Assembly (NCBI GenBank): GCA_963721455.1
Contig: CAVRJG010000073.1
Location: 1-47,963, forward strand
From: an uncultured Methanosarcinaceae archaeon
Lineage (GTDB): Archaea > Halobacteriota > Methanosarcinia > Methanosarcinales > Methanosarcinaceae
Reading direction: 5' to 3'
DNA length: 47,963 bases
Shown here: in pieces, positions 1-10,527 of the stretch
Layout of the letters: every line of letters begins with the position of its first letter
How positions within the stretch are numbered: the first letter of the stretch is position 1
The notes under the pieces: model-generated
The model's database searches: none
The model's input: the letters and a program-made list of their open reading frames with translations, nothing else
Told to the model about the DNA's origin: nothing
Translations under genes and position numbers: made by a program

Positions 1-658
1 CATTAACAGTGGCATTCTCTCCTTCAACCCAGTCACCTACTGTAGTATTGATCTGCCATGTTATATTGCCGGTTTTCTTATCGAGGGCAGTCACCGTCCC
101 CTTCGTAGCAGGAGGCCCCTCAAGGACCACATCTCCAAACGCGGATCCAAGAATCAGGTAATCCTTCCATACAAGCGGGGGTGAAGTAAGAACAAATGAT
201 CCTCCCAAAGGTTGTAAAGCCGGCGATTCCCAGATTTTGGTGCCGTTCTCAGCATTTAAGGCGACTACAGTACCGTTAGGACCAGTTGGAGCGTAAATTG
301 CTCCGTTGTCGTAGGCTATGCCATGTGATGGTGCAGGTCTTGTTTTAGGGTCGTACTTCCAATTATTAAGTCCAGTATCCATATCAAAAGCAATGACCTG
401 GTACTTGTTATTCTGAACATACCCGGTCTTTCCTACGATTAAAGGCGAGTCCTCAATTACAGATCCTGTGTTAAGAATCCACTTGACCTCTAGCTGATTT
501 ACATTATCCTTGCCTATCTCCGTCTGATTACTATGCCTGGACATAGAATTACTGCAGTAATTAACCATAGTCCAGTCCTGTAACCCTCCAACCAAATAGT
601 GGCGAGCTAGGATAATCAAGATCAGAGATATGTAAAGTTATGGATAAAATTTTTCCAC
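1..658 (-). CDS. PQQ-binding-like beta-propeller / quinoprotein dehydrogenase-like protein, runs off window start; possible pseudogene (in-frame TAA at 638-640 after GTG 658; alternative ATG at 568)
   Basis: Manual translation: QDWTMVNY..SRHSNQTEIGKDNVNQLEVKW..SPLIV..VIAFDMDTG..W..VVALNAENGTKIW..TVTALDKKTGNITW, typical PQQ-propeller repeats. Not in ORF track. Confidence 0.75.
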
Positions 659-768
659 TAGATACCTCTTTTATAAAGTTACACTTCGGAACTGAAAAAC
701 GTCTGTTTTAAGTTGGTAAGAACAGTTTTGCTAAGAGGCTTTTGTCTGCAATACTAAAATTAGGCAGG

Positions 769-925
769 TCAGTCAGAAGCTAGCGTTACGCTTGTGGCTT
801 TAATTCCTGCGTATGCCTCGCGCCCTTCTCTTAAACCCAGATTATCGGCCGAGCTTTTTGTAATAATGGAAGCAATTTCCATTCCTCCCGGCAGTTCAAT
901 TATTCATTCGAGTTGACCGATCTAT
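769..925 (-). pseudogene. TOBE/Mop molybdate-tungstate-binding protein remnant
   Basis: Translation IIELPGGMEIASIITKSSADNLGLREGREAYAGIKATSVTLASD*, matches Mop domain pattern; frameshift near 905 and no start. Confidence 0.65.
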
Positions 926-1084
926 GAAATACTGTTTAGATTTTATCATCAGAACGTTGACTGTGCCTATTTTAGTTCTACCATCCAATCCAGGCAGCAT
1001 ATTTTGTTATCAATAAGGCTTGACTTTTAATTCTGAATGTTCGGAATCTTGTTTCCTGAACTCAAATCGTCTATTACCAAACTC

Positions 1085-1234
1085 GGTTCAGTTGCAAAAA
1101 ATCTGGCTATGTTACAAAATCAGTGAAAAACATCACAATTAGGAAAGTTAATCATCTTCATTAGGGAAAAAATGACACATAAAGGTAAGAATCATAGTCT
1201 CAAACTGCGGAAATATTATTTTTGCACCACAACC
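1085..1234 (+). mobile_element. ~150 bp MITE with IS6-like ends, copy 1
   Basis: GGTTCAGTTGCAAAAA ... TTTTTGCACCACAACC; internal sequence homologous to copies at 2330, 2404, 6696, 31680. Confidence 0.8.
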
Positions 1235-1515
1235 GAATATAGTTTAGTATCTCAAAAATTTAATTATTTGTCACCTTAATAAGCCGGTCGTCCATCATTT
1301 TACTATTGAGGTTTTCATGATTAATTTTCCAGTGCTATAGCTACTTATTTTTTTTCATTATATTTTATAGTAATAATATCATTCTAATTATTGGTATGTT
1401 GAACTATATCTGTCAGCAACATTTTACCTTAAAACGTTCTGTCATTATTATAAGTCTGATAGATTCCAACTATAAATCGATACTATTTTAAAATTTGGAG
1501 TTAGTATAGAGAAAG

Positions 1516-2092
1516 TTAGAACTCAAAAAAGTCAGACCCAAAGAAAGCTAGAACTGCTGTAATTATAATCGCCAATAATATAATCGCCAATAATATGGCT
1601 AGTATATATGGCAGGAGTATAGCTAAAGCCGGATTTCGCCATACTTACCTTGTGTCCAAATGTACCAACCACAATATAGCGTTATCTGCCGTAAATCCAA
1701 GCAATCAAGTTTAATAAAGGAATCCAGGAAACTACCAGTATGGCACTTGCATAGGACATGAATCTTACAGTGCCCTCGTAACTACCAGTTCCACCAAGTA
1801 CTTTATAAGTAATATAAAATATTGCTCCAACTATAAAAAGATAAATAATGCCTGAAATAGGAGTCATAATTACAGCTGTAAGTAGCATAGAAAAACTAAA
1901 TTCACTACTATCCACCCCATACATATCGCCTATATGCAACCCACGAATGAAAATTACAGTTAAAAGCCCGGATATGATATAGCTTATTGCTGCAAAAGTT
2001 AGCGGTTCGCTGTATCCTCCAGTTGTTGGCATTTCTCTGTAAAAATCAGAAGGTCTTAGCATAACCTCTTTCCAGGTTTTGAAGTAATCCAT
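1516..2092 (-). pseudogene. YIP1-family membrane protein, frameshifted near 1682 (hydrophobic C-terminal coding continues to ~1516)
   Basis: MDYFKTWKEVMLRPSDFYREMP..GGTGSYEGTVRFMSYASA typical archaeal YIP1; other frames downstream give ALAILLPYILAILLAII. Confidence 0.7.
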
Positions 2093-2329
2093 AGAATCCC
2101 AATTTGAAATATGTAATGCTTAATATAAAATTATCACGCAAACTAATATATGCTTATATTAAGATCCTTAATATTGGGGAATTCACGATTTGTTTTAAAA
2201 GAAGAAACGGCTACTGTAAGATCTCTTTTTTAAACAATGGCATATTTAAAAATACTGAAAAATACGGAGTGTATGGTATATGGAAAGACAAATCAAAAAT
2301 AAAATAGCTGTTTTGCTGGCAGTATTTAT

Positions 2330-2551
2330 GGTTCCGTTGCAAGAAATCTGACTTTGTTACAAAATCAGTAAAAAACCTCACAATTAGGAAAGTTAATCAA
2401 TCTGGTTCTGTTGCAAAAATAATTTTTCTACCCTTTTAGGCTATAATAATTTCTTTTTGCGTTATTATTGACCTGCTTATGACATATTAATATCCCAATT
2501 GTGATGTTTTTCACTGGTTTGGTGAAACAGACAATTTTTTGCAACAGAACC
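2330..2551. mobile_element. Truncated MITE (2330-~2399) abutting a complete inverted MITE (2404-2551), IS6-like ends
   Basis: GGTTCCGTTGCAAGAAATCTG..CACAATTAGGAAAGTTAATC then GGTTCTGTTGCAAAAA ... TTTTTGCAACAGAACC. Confidence 0.8.
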
Positions 2552-2586
2552 AGTTTTTGTATCTTTGTCAATTTACAGAGATAATA

Positions 2587-3612
2587 TTACTTTATTGGTC
2601 CTTTCCCTATAAACTGGCCAATGAAAAGATGGGCACTTCCTACTTTCACCGTGGCTAAAACAGTGTTATTTGCTGGTGTCAATTTCAGAGACTGTTCCGT
2701 TTATGTTTGCCAGCCATACACCTTCGTTCCATCTGGGGTGACTGCAATTCCAGAAGGATTGGCTCCTAAAGGCACCGTGGCTGTAACATTATTATTTGTT
2801 GTGTCAATTACTGAGGTAGTGTTGCTAAAGAAATTCGCTACATATGCTTTTTTCCCATCCGGACTAACTGCAACTCCCCATGGCCAGGCTCCTACAGGTA
2901 CCGTGGCTATGACATTATTATTTGTTGTGTCAATTACTGAGGTAGTGTTGCTAAAGAAGTTCGCTACATATACTTTTTTCCCATCCGGACTAACTGCAAC
3001 TCCAGTTGGACTGGTTCCGACTTTCACCGTGGCTGTTATGTTGTTTGTTGCAGTGTCAATTACAAAGAGAGTGCTGTTATAATCTAAGTATGCAATATAA
3101 TCCGAGCTTGTCACGTACACCTTTGATCCATCTGGACTAACTGCAACTCCAGCCGGATAGATTCCTACGTTCACTGTAGCTGTAACGGTATTGTTTGAGG
3201 TGTCAATTACTGAAATATTACTGTTACCATGGTTCGTCACATATACCTTCGTTCCATTGGAGTTGACTGCAACTGCAGATGGATTAGTTCCTACTTTTAC
3301 CGTATCTATAACAGTGTTGTTTGTGGTGTCAATTACAGAGACATCGCTACTGTTTTTGTTCGCTATATACACCTTTGATCCATCCGGACTAACTGCAACT
3401 CCCCATGGCCAAGCTCCTACAGGTACCGTGGCTGTAACATTATTGTTTGCTATGTCCATTACAGAGGTAGTGTTGCTGTCATAGTTTGGAATATATGCAA
3501 ACGGTGCTGCACCTGCAGAATTCACAAGCAATAAAAGCGTCACCATCACTACACATGAAATTTTTAAAATAGTGGCCCCTCTGCATTTATTGTCAAATGT
3601 CATTTCTCTCAT
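2587..3612 (-). CDS. Secreted YVTN-repeat beta-propeller (surface-layer/cell-surface) protein; last blade frameshifted after ~2715
   Basis: Signal peptide, AAPFAYI start, repeated GVAVSPDGxKVYVxN..SVIDT; two near-identical 126-bp blades; out-of-frame tail NNTVLATVKVG..IGQFIG ends at 2587. Confidence 0.9.
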
Positions 3613-3928
3613 TTTTACCCCCTCATATGATGATAGATATTATAATAAAACACATATATAAATAAATATATATATGTTTACATATAAAAAAGATGTTTTA
3701 ATAAAAAGTAAAAATTCCAAATTATTATTCTATGTTTCTAATATCATATTTCTTTTAGTTCTCAGAAATTATAAATCCATCGAGACAATAGTATTTTAGC
3801 TTAGATTGCAGGTTATTTACAGAAAAAAAATTTTTACTCTAAGAGACTATCGAAAAGTCAATAATGGAATGTCTAAAAAGTTAAAGAAAATCTATACAGA
3901 TTTTGAATATAAATTATCGTTTCTAGTT

Positions 3929-4117
3929 GAACTGATCCCAAAACTCAAAATTACTTCTCGAATCGCATATTATGAATAATCAATCGAGTTTTTGATCCTG
4001 AAAAATGCTCCTGAAACTCTTACTGATTGAGAAGAAAATTTTTTTTGAGATGAGCTCAATGAAAATAGTTCTGAAACTTTACTGATTTGAGAATAAAATT
4101 GGTTTTGGGATGAGCTC
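3929..4117. mobile_element. MITE-like element with duplicated right end
   Basis: Left GAACTGATCCCAAAAC; right ends TTTTGAGATGAGCTC (to 4057) and GTTTTGGGATGAGCTC (to 4117), ~60 bp tandem duplication. Confidence 0.6.
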
Positions 4118-4409
4118 GTTATTTAATTGCCTTTTGAAAGAGTAACCTGGAGCATGACATTCAATGGGATCGATAGTGTTTTGTAGTCCATGAAAAGTGA
4201 TAATAACCTTAAGTCCTGGCATTATCATAAATTCCAGCCGTTTTTTTTATAATATTTAATGTTTTATATTATTACACTTTTATTTGTCTATAGTGGATTT
4301 TCTAAGAAAAGGTCATTAACGCAGCAATCTTCCCTGATCTTAAACGGATGTTTTGAGTGATTAGGAGAATAGCGCACTAAAAAATAAAGAGTAGTAGGAG
4401 TGAGGGAAC

Positions 4410-6488
4410 ATGAAGAGGAAGGGAGTAATATATCTATTTGTCCTTAGCATCGCACTAATAAACGCTTTAACCTTTGTGGCTTTTGGTTCGTCTGAAACTT
4501 CGATAGGCAACGTGAGCACTTCTGGATATGAGAAGGCTATCGACCCTGGAAACATGAACCTCTCAGTAAAACCTGGAGACGACTTCTATGAGTATGCAAA
4601 TGGAGGCTGGATAAAAAGCCACCCTGTGCCTGCGGACAAAGGAAGTTACGGGGAGTTCGAAATAGTAAGGGACAGAACTTACGATCGTGTCAAAATAATA
4701 GTGGAGAGCGCAGCCAACAACACTTCTGCGCCTGAGGGAAGCCTCGACCAGAAGATAGGCGAGTTCTACCGCATGGGAATGGATAATGTCACCAGGGATA
4801 AGCAGCGTCTGGATCCTATCAAAGGCAAGCTGAAGCTGATAGACAATATCTCAAACACTTCTAATCTCCAGAATGTATCGTCCATCATTTGCGTCTATGG
4901 CATGGGCCCCTTCTTCTCTCTATACGCCGCGCCCGACAGAAAGAACAGCAAGATCATGATAGCAACTCTCACTCAGGGAGATCTGGGCCTTCCAGATAGA
5001 GATTATTATCTCAGGCAGGACAATGTATCTAACATGACCAGAGAGCTATACCTTGATCACATATCCAGGATGTTCATCTATCTAGGCGATAGCCCAAAGG
5101 TTGCTGAGGATAATGCCAGGACCGTGATGAGGATAGAGACCAGGCTGGCCAACGCATCCTTCAACAACGTGGACGACAACGACGTGGTCAAAACGTATAA
5201 CAAGATGAGCCTTGAGGAGCTTCAGGCTTTTGCTCCAGGCATGAACTGGTCCTGTTTCTTCTACACCCTGGGTCGCCCGGACGTAACCGAAGTCAACGTC
5301 AGAAACCCGTCCTATTTCAAGGAGCTTAGCATTGCCCTTCAAGAAGAAAGTATAGCTGACTGGAAGACCTTCCTGCGCTGGAAGTTGATCTCAGGCACGT
5401 CCCCCTACCTCAGCTCTGACCTGGAGGAGGAGTACTTTAGTTATCACAGGTTTAGTCTCAATCAGACGATGCAGCCCCGCTGGAAGAGGGTCATCGACGT
5501 GGAAAACAATGTCATGGGTGAGGCTATAGGCCATATTTATGTGGATAGGTATTTCGACCCATACTCCAAGGCTAGAATGGAGGAGATGGTATCCAACCTG
5601 AAGAAGGCCGAAAGGGAAAGAATTGAAAACCTGACATGGATGGAGCCTCAAACAAAGCAGAAAGCCCTCATGAAGCTAGAGCTTCTAGATGTCCAGGTAG
5701 GCTACCCTGATGAGTGGCTGAATTATTCAGAGCTTGAAGTAAAGAATGATTCATATGTCAATAATACCATGAGAGCCGCGAATTTCAATTTCTACCATGG
5801 TCCTGCCGGCTTGGATAGAATAGGCAAGCCAGTAAATCGCAATCTCTGGTTAATGAATCCCCAGGAAACTAATGCTTATGCAGACTATAACAAGATTATT
5901 ATATTCTTCCCAGCGGGCATCCTTCAGCCGCCCTTTTTCGACAAAGACGCCGATGATGCAGTCAACTACGGAGCCATAGGCTTCGTTATAGGACATGAGA
6001 TAACTCACCACTTCGATAGCCAGGGCAGGAAGTTTGATGCCACTGGAAATTTGACGGATTGGTGGACGCCAAAAGACGCAGAAAACTTCAACAAAAGCAC
6101 TGCCGTTCTGGTAGATCAGTATAACAGGTTCGAAGTCCTGCCAAGTCTGTACATCAACGGCAACCTGACCCTGGCAGAAAACATAGCAGACTTTGGAGGC
6201 TTACCCGTAGCTTATCACGCCTATAATTACTCATCTAAAGAAGAGCCGGAAATGATCGATGGATTCACCAAAGATCAGAGGTTCTTCTTAAGCTTCGCCC
6301 AGACATGGAGGGAATCAGACACTGACGAATACCTGAGGCTTCACACGCAGGTAGAGAGACACTCGCCCTCCAAGTTCAGAGTTAACGGCGTGGTCTTCAA
6401 CATGCCTGAATTTTACAAGGCATTTCCAGACGTAAAGCCAGGAGATAAACTTTACAGAGCAGAGAATGAGAGACCGGTGATCTGGTAA
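4410..6488 (+). CDS. M13-family (neprilysin/PepO-like) zinc metalloendopeptidase with N-terminal signal peptide
   Basis: PGDDFYEYANGGW, TNAY, PAGILQPPFF, VNYGAIGFVIGHEITH (HExxH), ENIADFGG, HSP motifs. Confidence 0.95.
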   Translation: MKRKGVIYLFVLSIALINALTFVAFGSSETSIGNVSTSGYEKAIDPGNMNLSVKPGDDFYEYANGGWIKSHPVPADKGSYGEFEIVRDRTYDRVKIIVESAANNTSAPEGSLDQKIGEFYRMGMDNVTRDKQRLDPIKGKLKLIDNISNTSNLQNVSSIICVYGMGPFFSLYAAPDRKNSKIMIATLTQGDLGLPDRDYYLRQDNVSNMTRELYLDHISRMFIYLGDSPKVAEDNARTVMRIETRLANASFNNVDDNDVVKTYNKMSLEELQAFAPGMNWSCFFYTLGRPDVTEVNVRNPSYFKELSIALQEESIADWKTFLRWKLISGTSPYLSSDLEEEYFSYHRFSLNQTMQPRWKRVIDVENNVMGEAIGHIYVDRYFDPYSKARMEEMVSNLKKAERERIENLTWMEPQTKQKALMKLELLDVQVGYPDEWLNYSELEVKNDSYVNNTMRAANFNFYHGPAGLDRIGKPVNRNLWLMNPQETNAYADYNKIIIFFPAGILQPPFFDKDADDAVNYGAIGFVIGHEITHHFDSQGRKFDATGNLTDWWTPKDAENFNKSTAVLVDQYNRFEVLPSLYINGNLTLAENIADFGGLPVAYHAYNYSSKEEPEMIDGFTKDQRFFLSFAQTWRESDTDEYLRLHTQVERHSPSKFRVNGVVFNMPEFYKAFPDVKPGDKLYRAENERPVIW

Positions 6489-6695
6489 AGTAGCGGGAGA
6501 CAAAATCTGAAAAAGTGATCTTATAAGGAGGGGTTTTCATGACTCCTACTCCTTTACTTATTCTCTCAAAGCCTATTTTTCGATATTCTGTAGTAGGTTC
6601 CGTTGCAAAAAATTCAAAATAAGCATACAAATCTATGAATAATGAATTAAAAGCAAAAGATCCAAGGGAAAGATCCAAGGGAAATGTACAAACAT

Positions 6696-6845
6696 GGTTC
6701 TGTTGCAAAAATAATATTTCTGCAATTTGAGACTATAATTCTTACCTTTGTGTATTATTTTTTCCCTAATGAAAATGATTAACTTTCCTAATTGTGAAGG
6801 TTTTTTCTGATTTTGCAAGGGAGCCAGATTTTTTGTAACGGAACC
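6696..6845 (-). mobile_element. ~150 bp MITE with IS6-like ends (plus an isolated end at 6596)
   Basis: GGTTCTGTTGCAAAAA ... TTTTTGTAACGGAACC; reverse-complement homolog of 1085-1234. Confidence 0.8.
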
Positions 6846-6869
6846 TATTTCCTATCACTACAAAAATAA

Positions 6870-7145
6870 ACCAATCACCGAATATTTACAGGGCATGGCT
6901 ATGGAAACTGTGAGTCTCTAAAAAGGTATGTTAGTACAGCACTTCTTAATATTCCAGAAATTGAGAAGGGGGTATTCTTTGAATTTGTGATGTGTGATGA
7001 CCACCTTAAGGAGATGAAAGAGTATAACGTAGCTATGATGCCCCTTTCTGTGCTCTATGCTATTAATGGAAAACCTGTCTGGCATGCAAGTGGATGGCAC
7101 AGCACTGAAGAAGTGCTAAAACAGGTTAAAGGTATACTGAAGTAA
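6870..7145 (+). pseudogene. Thioredoxin-fold protein remnant lacking a start codon
   Basis: IFTGHGYGNCESLK..EYNVAMMP..NGKPV..G..STEEV; CxxC degenerated to YGNC; begins just after a MITE. Confidence 0.45.
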
Positions 7146-7329
7146 ACAGATTATGCCTTTCTTTTAACTGTAGGCTTCTTTTTACTCCTTTTTCTACTCC
7201 CACCGTCTAAATAATCTTTCCAAAGTGGGCTGAAATTTGAATGATATATTCACGTTAGCGTTAACATTCCTCACAATAAGAGTAATTAAGAGGAATTTTA
7301 TATATAATTTAACGTTTAAAATAGCTTTT

Positions 7330-7605
7330 TCAGCGCGTGAAATTCTGCAATTCCTGGATACGAACCTGTTGATTCTAAAGATGGAAAACTCCTGTACGCT
7401 GATATCGTTCATCCTGAGGATCTTGAAGCCTTTAATATCTGGGTAATCAGCAACTCGATAAGGGTATCAGGGGTCATACCCTGAAATACCGGATACTTAC
7501 AAAAAATGGAGAGGTACACCGGGTTGAGGACAGAACTCTTATCCAGTAAGGAAAAAATGGAAGATAAGCTGTTATCTTGGGATCTTTTCAGATGTTACCA
7601 GGCAC
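7330..7605 (+). pseudogene. PAS_3-type domain remnant
   Basis: Fragments GYEPVD..LLYADIVHPEDLE and KYRILTKNGEVHRVEDRT in different frames with stops. Confidence 0.6.
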
Positions 7606-7669
7606 GGGAAAAACACAAGATATGTAGAAAAAACACAAGAAATGTGGAAAAAACACAAGAAATATATTA

Positions 7670-8027
7670 GAACCTATCCGAAAAGTTTTCTGCATCATAA
7701 TCAACAAGACCAGCTTTCCATATGTTCTCTAAGAATCCTGCTCTTCGCCATTCCTGAAAGCGATCATGGACGGTACTTGGAGCTCCATAAAATCGTGGCA
7801 AAGCTTTCCATTGGCAACCAGTAAGGAGAAGACAGAAGATACCACTCATTATTCTTCTATCATCTTTTCTGGGTCGTCTAAGCTTCTTTTTAGGCTTTGA
7901 AGGTGGTAGTAAAAGTTTTATTTTAGTCCAGAATTTATCAGAGATCTCGTAGTCATGTACGATTTTTCGTTTTGTCACTAACACTTATTACCATAAATCG
8001 CAGTTATTCTACTTTTCGGATCGGCTC
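7670..8027 (-). mobile_element. Internally deleted IS5-family element retaining only the transposase N-terminus (ORF 7667-7984)
   Basis: IRs GAACCTATCCGAAAAGT / ACTTTTCGGATCGGCTC flanked by TTA on both sides; peptide ISDKFW..RPRKDDR..TGCQWKALP..STVHDRFQEW. Confidence 0.85.
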
Positions 8028-8175
8028 TTAATCGATAGATCTATTGTAAGCCTGATCCCTGCAAGCCCTACCCATTGGATTTGGTCAGTTGACGGAATTC
8101 TACTTAAAAATATAAGTAGCTCGGAGGCTTTAAAAACTACTGCAAGCCGTCAGGCGTCTCTCAGTTGTTATAGGG

Positions 8176-9918
8176 TCACTTAAAATTGTATATTTTCTTG
8201 TACTTGCTGTTCAGGTAGTTTAGGAAATCATAAGCCTCTGTCTCGTTCCCTGTTGCTTTCTTCATCAGCTCAGGCGTATCGTAGATGGCACCGTACTTGT
8301 ATACGTGCTCCTGCATCCAGGTAGCAGGAATGGAGAAGTCGCCTGAAGCGAATCTCTGGTCCAGGTCAGGGTGGTCTCTTCTCATGGCCGCCTCCAGCTG
8401 AGCAGCGTTCATGGAACCTATGGCATAAGCCGGGAAGTAGCCAAAGCTTCCTGAAGCCCAATGAATGTCTTGAAGTGTGCCGTTTTTGTCGTCGGTGATG
8501 TTCACTCCTAAATACTCCTTGTACTTCTGATTCCAGATCATCGGCACGTCGTCTACGTTAATCTTTCCATCGAAGAGGTCGCGTTCGATCTCATAACGGA
8601 TGATGATATGGAGAATGTAAGATACCTCGTCCGCATCTAGACGGACAGGGACGATGTTTAGCCTATTGGTATGTCTGTACATATCATCCACTGAGACATT
8701 ATCCATTTCTGGTCTGAATTCCTTCTTCATCTGAGGTAACCAGTGCTCCCAGAATGCTCTGCTGCGGCCCAGGTTGTTCTCGAATAGCCTCGACTCAGCC
8801 TCTGCCATGTCCATACCTGGTTCGGTACCTATTGGCATTCCATAGTACCCATCTGGAATCCTCTGGGCGGCTATGCCATGCCCACTCTCGTGTATTGCTG
8901 ACAGGATAGCTTCCTCCGGGTTGTGTTCTTTATACCGGAGGCTGGTCCTGACATCATGGGCTCCAATGCTGTACGTTGACGGGTGTCTCTTGGTCTTTAC
9001 CATCAGCCCAGATCCGTAATCGTAGCCCAGGGCAGACGTTATATTCTTCGTGAACTCCTCCTGCTTGTCCTCTGAATAGGAGGCGTTGCCGTAGATATTC
9101 TTTGAAGCAGTCTCGTTAGATTCTTTTATTTTCTTTATCAGCTCTATGGTCTCGGGCTTGATGACATCGAAGAGCTTGTCGCACTTGTCAACGGTCATGC
9201 CAGGCATGAAGTCATCCAGGAGAGCATCATACGGGTGTTCCTCATAGCCCAAGTATCTGGCCTTCTCTTTGTTCAGCTCAACCATAGCCTTCAGGTGGGG
9301 CTGGAATATGGAGTAATTGTTCTTCTCCCTGGCTTCCTCCCAGGCGGCCTGGGACAGAGATGCCATCTGTGACTCACGGGCAGCGAAGTCTGGGGGGAGT
9401 TTTATCTTCTTGTTGTAATCACGATTCCAGAGCCTTATGTTGGCGGCTTCGATCGTCGACCAATTACTGCCATTATTGGCAATGGAGAGAAGCTTGCCGA
9501 ACTCAGGATCGATCCACTTCTTGTTTTCCTGATCCACTAGGTAGCTTTGAGCCTTGGCCCGATATTCAATCGCATTCGGAGGCATTGAAATGGATTGATC
9601 CCAATCAGAGAGGCTTATCATCGTATCGAGGTAAGCTATCTCAACGGAAGTGTTCAGGAGCCGGTTATAGGCTTCTCTAGGCGTCATATCAGGTGTGACT
9701 GCAACTTCCACAGGTAAGTATCCTACAGGCACAGTAGCTGTAACATTGTTGGTTACTGTGTTATTTACAGATACGGTATCGCTGTTTCTGTTCGTAATAT
9801 ATGCATATGGCGCTGCACCTACGATACTAACAAGCATTATAAGTGCCAGCGCCGTAATTCCTAAAATTTTTATAAGGATATACTCTCTATGTGTTTTATC
9901 ACATGTCGCTTCTTTCAA
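8176..9918 (-). CDS. M32-family carboxypeptidase fused to a signal peptide and one YVTN-like blade
   Basis: HPYDALLD, HPS, IHESGHG (HExxH), ESRLFEN, VRLDADE, GTLQDIHW, GYFPAYAIG; N-terminus AAPYAYITN..VAVTPD. Confidence 0.93.
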   Translation of the reverse strand: MKEATCDKTHREYILIKILGITALALIMLVSIVGAAPYAYITNRNSDTVSVNNTVTNNVTATVPVGYLPVEVAVTPDMTPREAYNRLLNTSVEIAYLDTMISLSDWDQSISMPPNAIEYRAKAQSYLVDQENKKWIDPEFGKLLSIANNGSNWSTIEAANIRLWNRDYNKKIKLPPDFAARESQMASLSQAAWEEAREKNNYSIFQPHLKAMVELNKEKARYLGYEEHPYDALLDDFMPGMTVDKCDKLFDVIKPETIELIKKIKESNETASKNIYGNASYSEDKQEEFTKNITSALGYDYGSGLMVKTKRHPSTYSIGAHDVRTSLRYKEHNPEEAILSAIHESGHGIAAQRIPDGYYGMPIGTEPGMDMAEAESRLFENNLGRSRAFWEHWLPQMKKEFRPEMDNVSVDDMYRHTNRLNIVPVRLDADEVSYILHIIIRYEIERDLFDGKINVDDVPMIWNQKYKEYLGVNITDDKNGTLQDIHWASGSFGYFPAYAIGSMNAAQLEAAMRRDHPDLDQRFASGDFSIPATWMQEHVYKYGAIYDTPELMKKATGNETEAYDFLNYLNSKYKKIYNFK

Positions 9919-10108
9919 TTTAATCCCCCAATACCGTTGTTAATGAAAAAATAGCTTACAGTACTCATCTCCACTAAAAAAACAACTACTTGCAATTCCC
10001 CAGGTTTAAAAAAAGAGTATATTAATCAAGGAATATAATAATTTACATATGTGGAAATATAAGTAGGTTTTGTATAAGTAAAGCATTGAGAGATCTATTT
10101 TCGTCTAA

Positions 10109-10240
10109 GGGCCTAGCCGAAAAGTGTTGTAACCTGCTGTAGATTTTACACTTGGAAATATGCACAACGTAGCAGATACTCGATATTAGGACCTATTGTA
10201 ACTTCTACAACATGCAATGACTGACTTTTCGGCTAGGATC
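10109..10240. mobile_element. ~130 bp MITE with IS5-like ends
   Basis: GGGCCTAGCCGAAAAGT ... ACTTTTCGGCTAGGATC, similar to ends of 7670-8027. Confidence 0.7.
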
Positions 10241-10527
10241 TTAGTAGCTGTGAGCTGTAGCATCCAGGAAAGCTCAGACCGGTACTCTGGTTCTACAGAT
10301 ATAGTGAACCCTGAAAGGGGCACAAATCAATACTCATGCGAACAGACTGTTGCAGCCAGAGTAGCTTTAAGATTTCTTTTTTGAATAATTTCACTGCCGG
10401 ACACACGTTTTCAAACCGGAGAAAAGCCTTTGTTGAAGTTCTGGGAAATATATTTAATTCTATCCACCTTTTTATTAAATTGAAAGCATAAAATTACTGT
10501 AGATCCATACCTTGAGGGGAGGGTACC

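Noticed and set aside
2621-3484. Plus-strand ORFs 2621-3082 and 3191-3484
   Set aside because: Antisense shadows of the YVTN repeat gene
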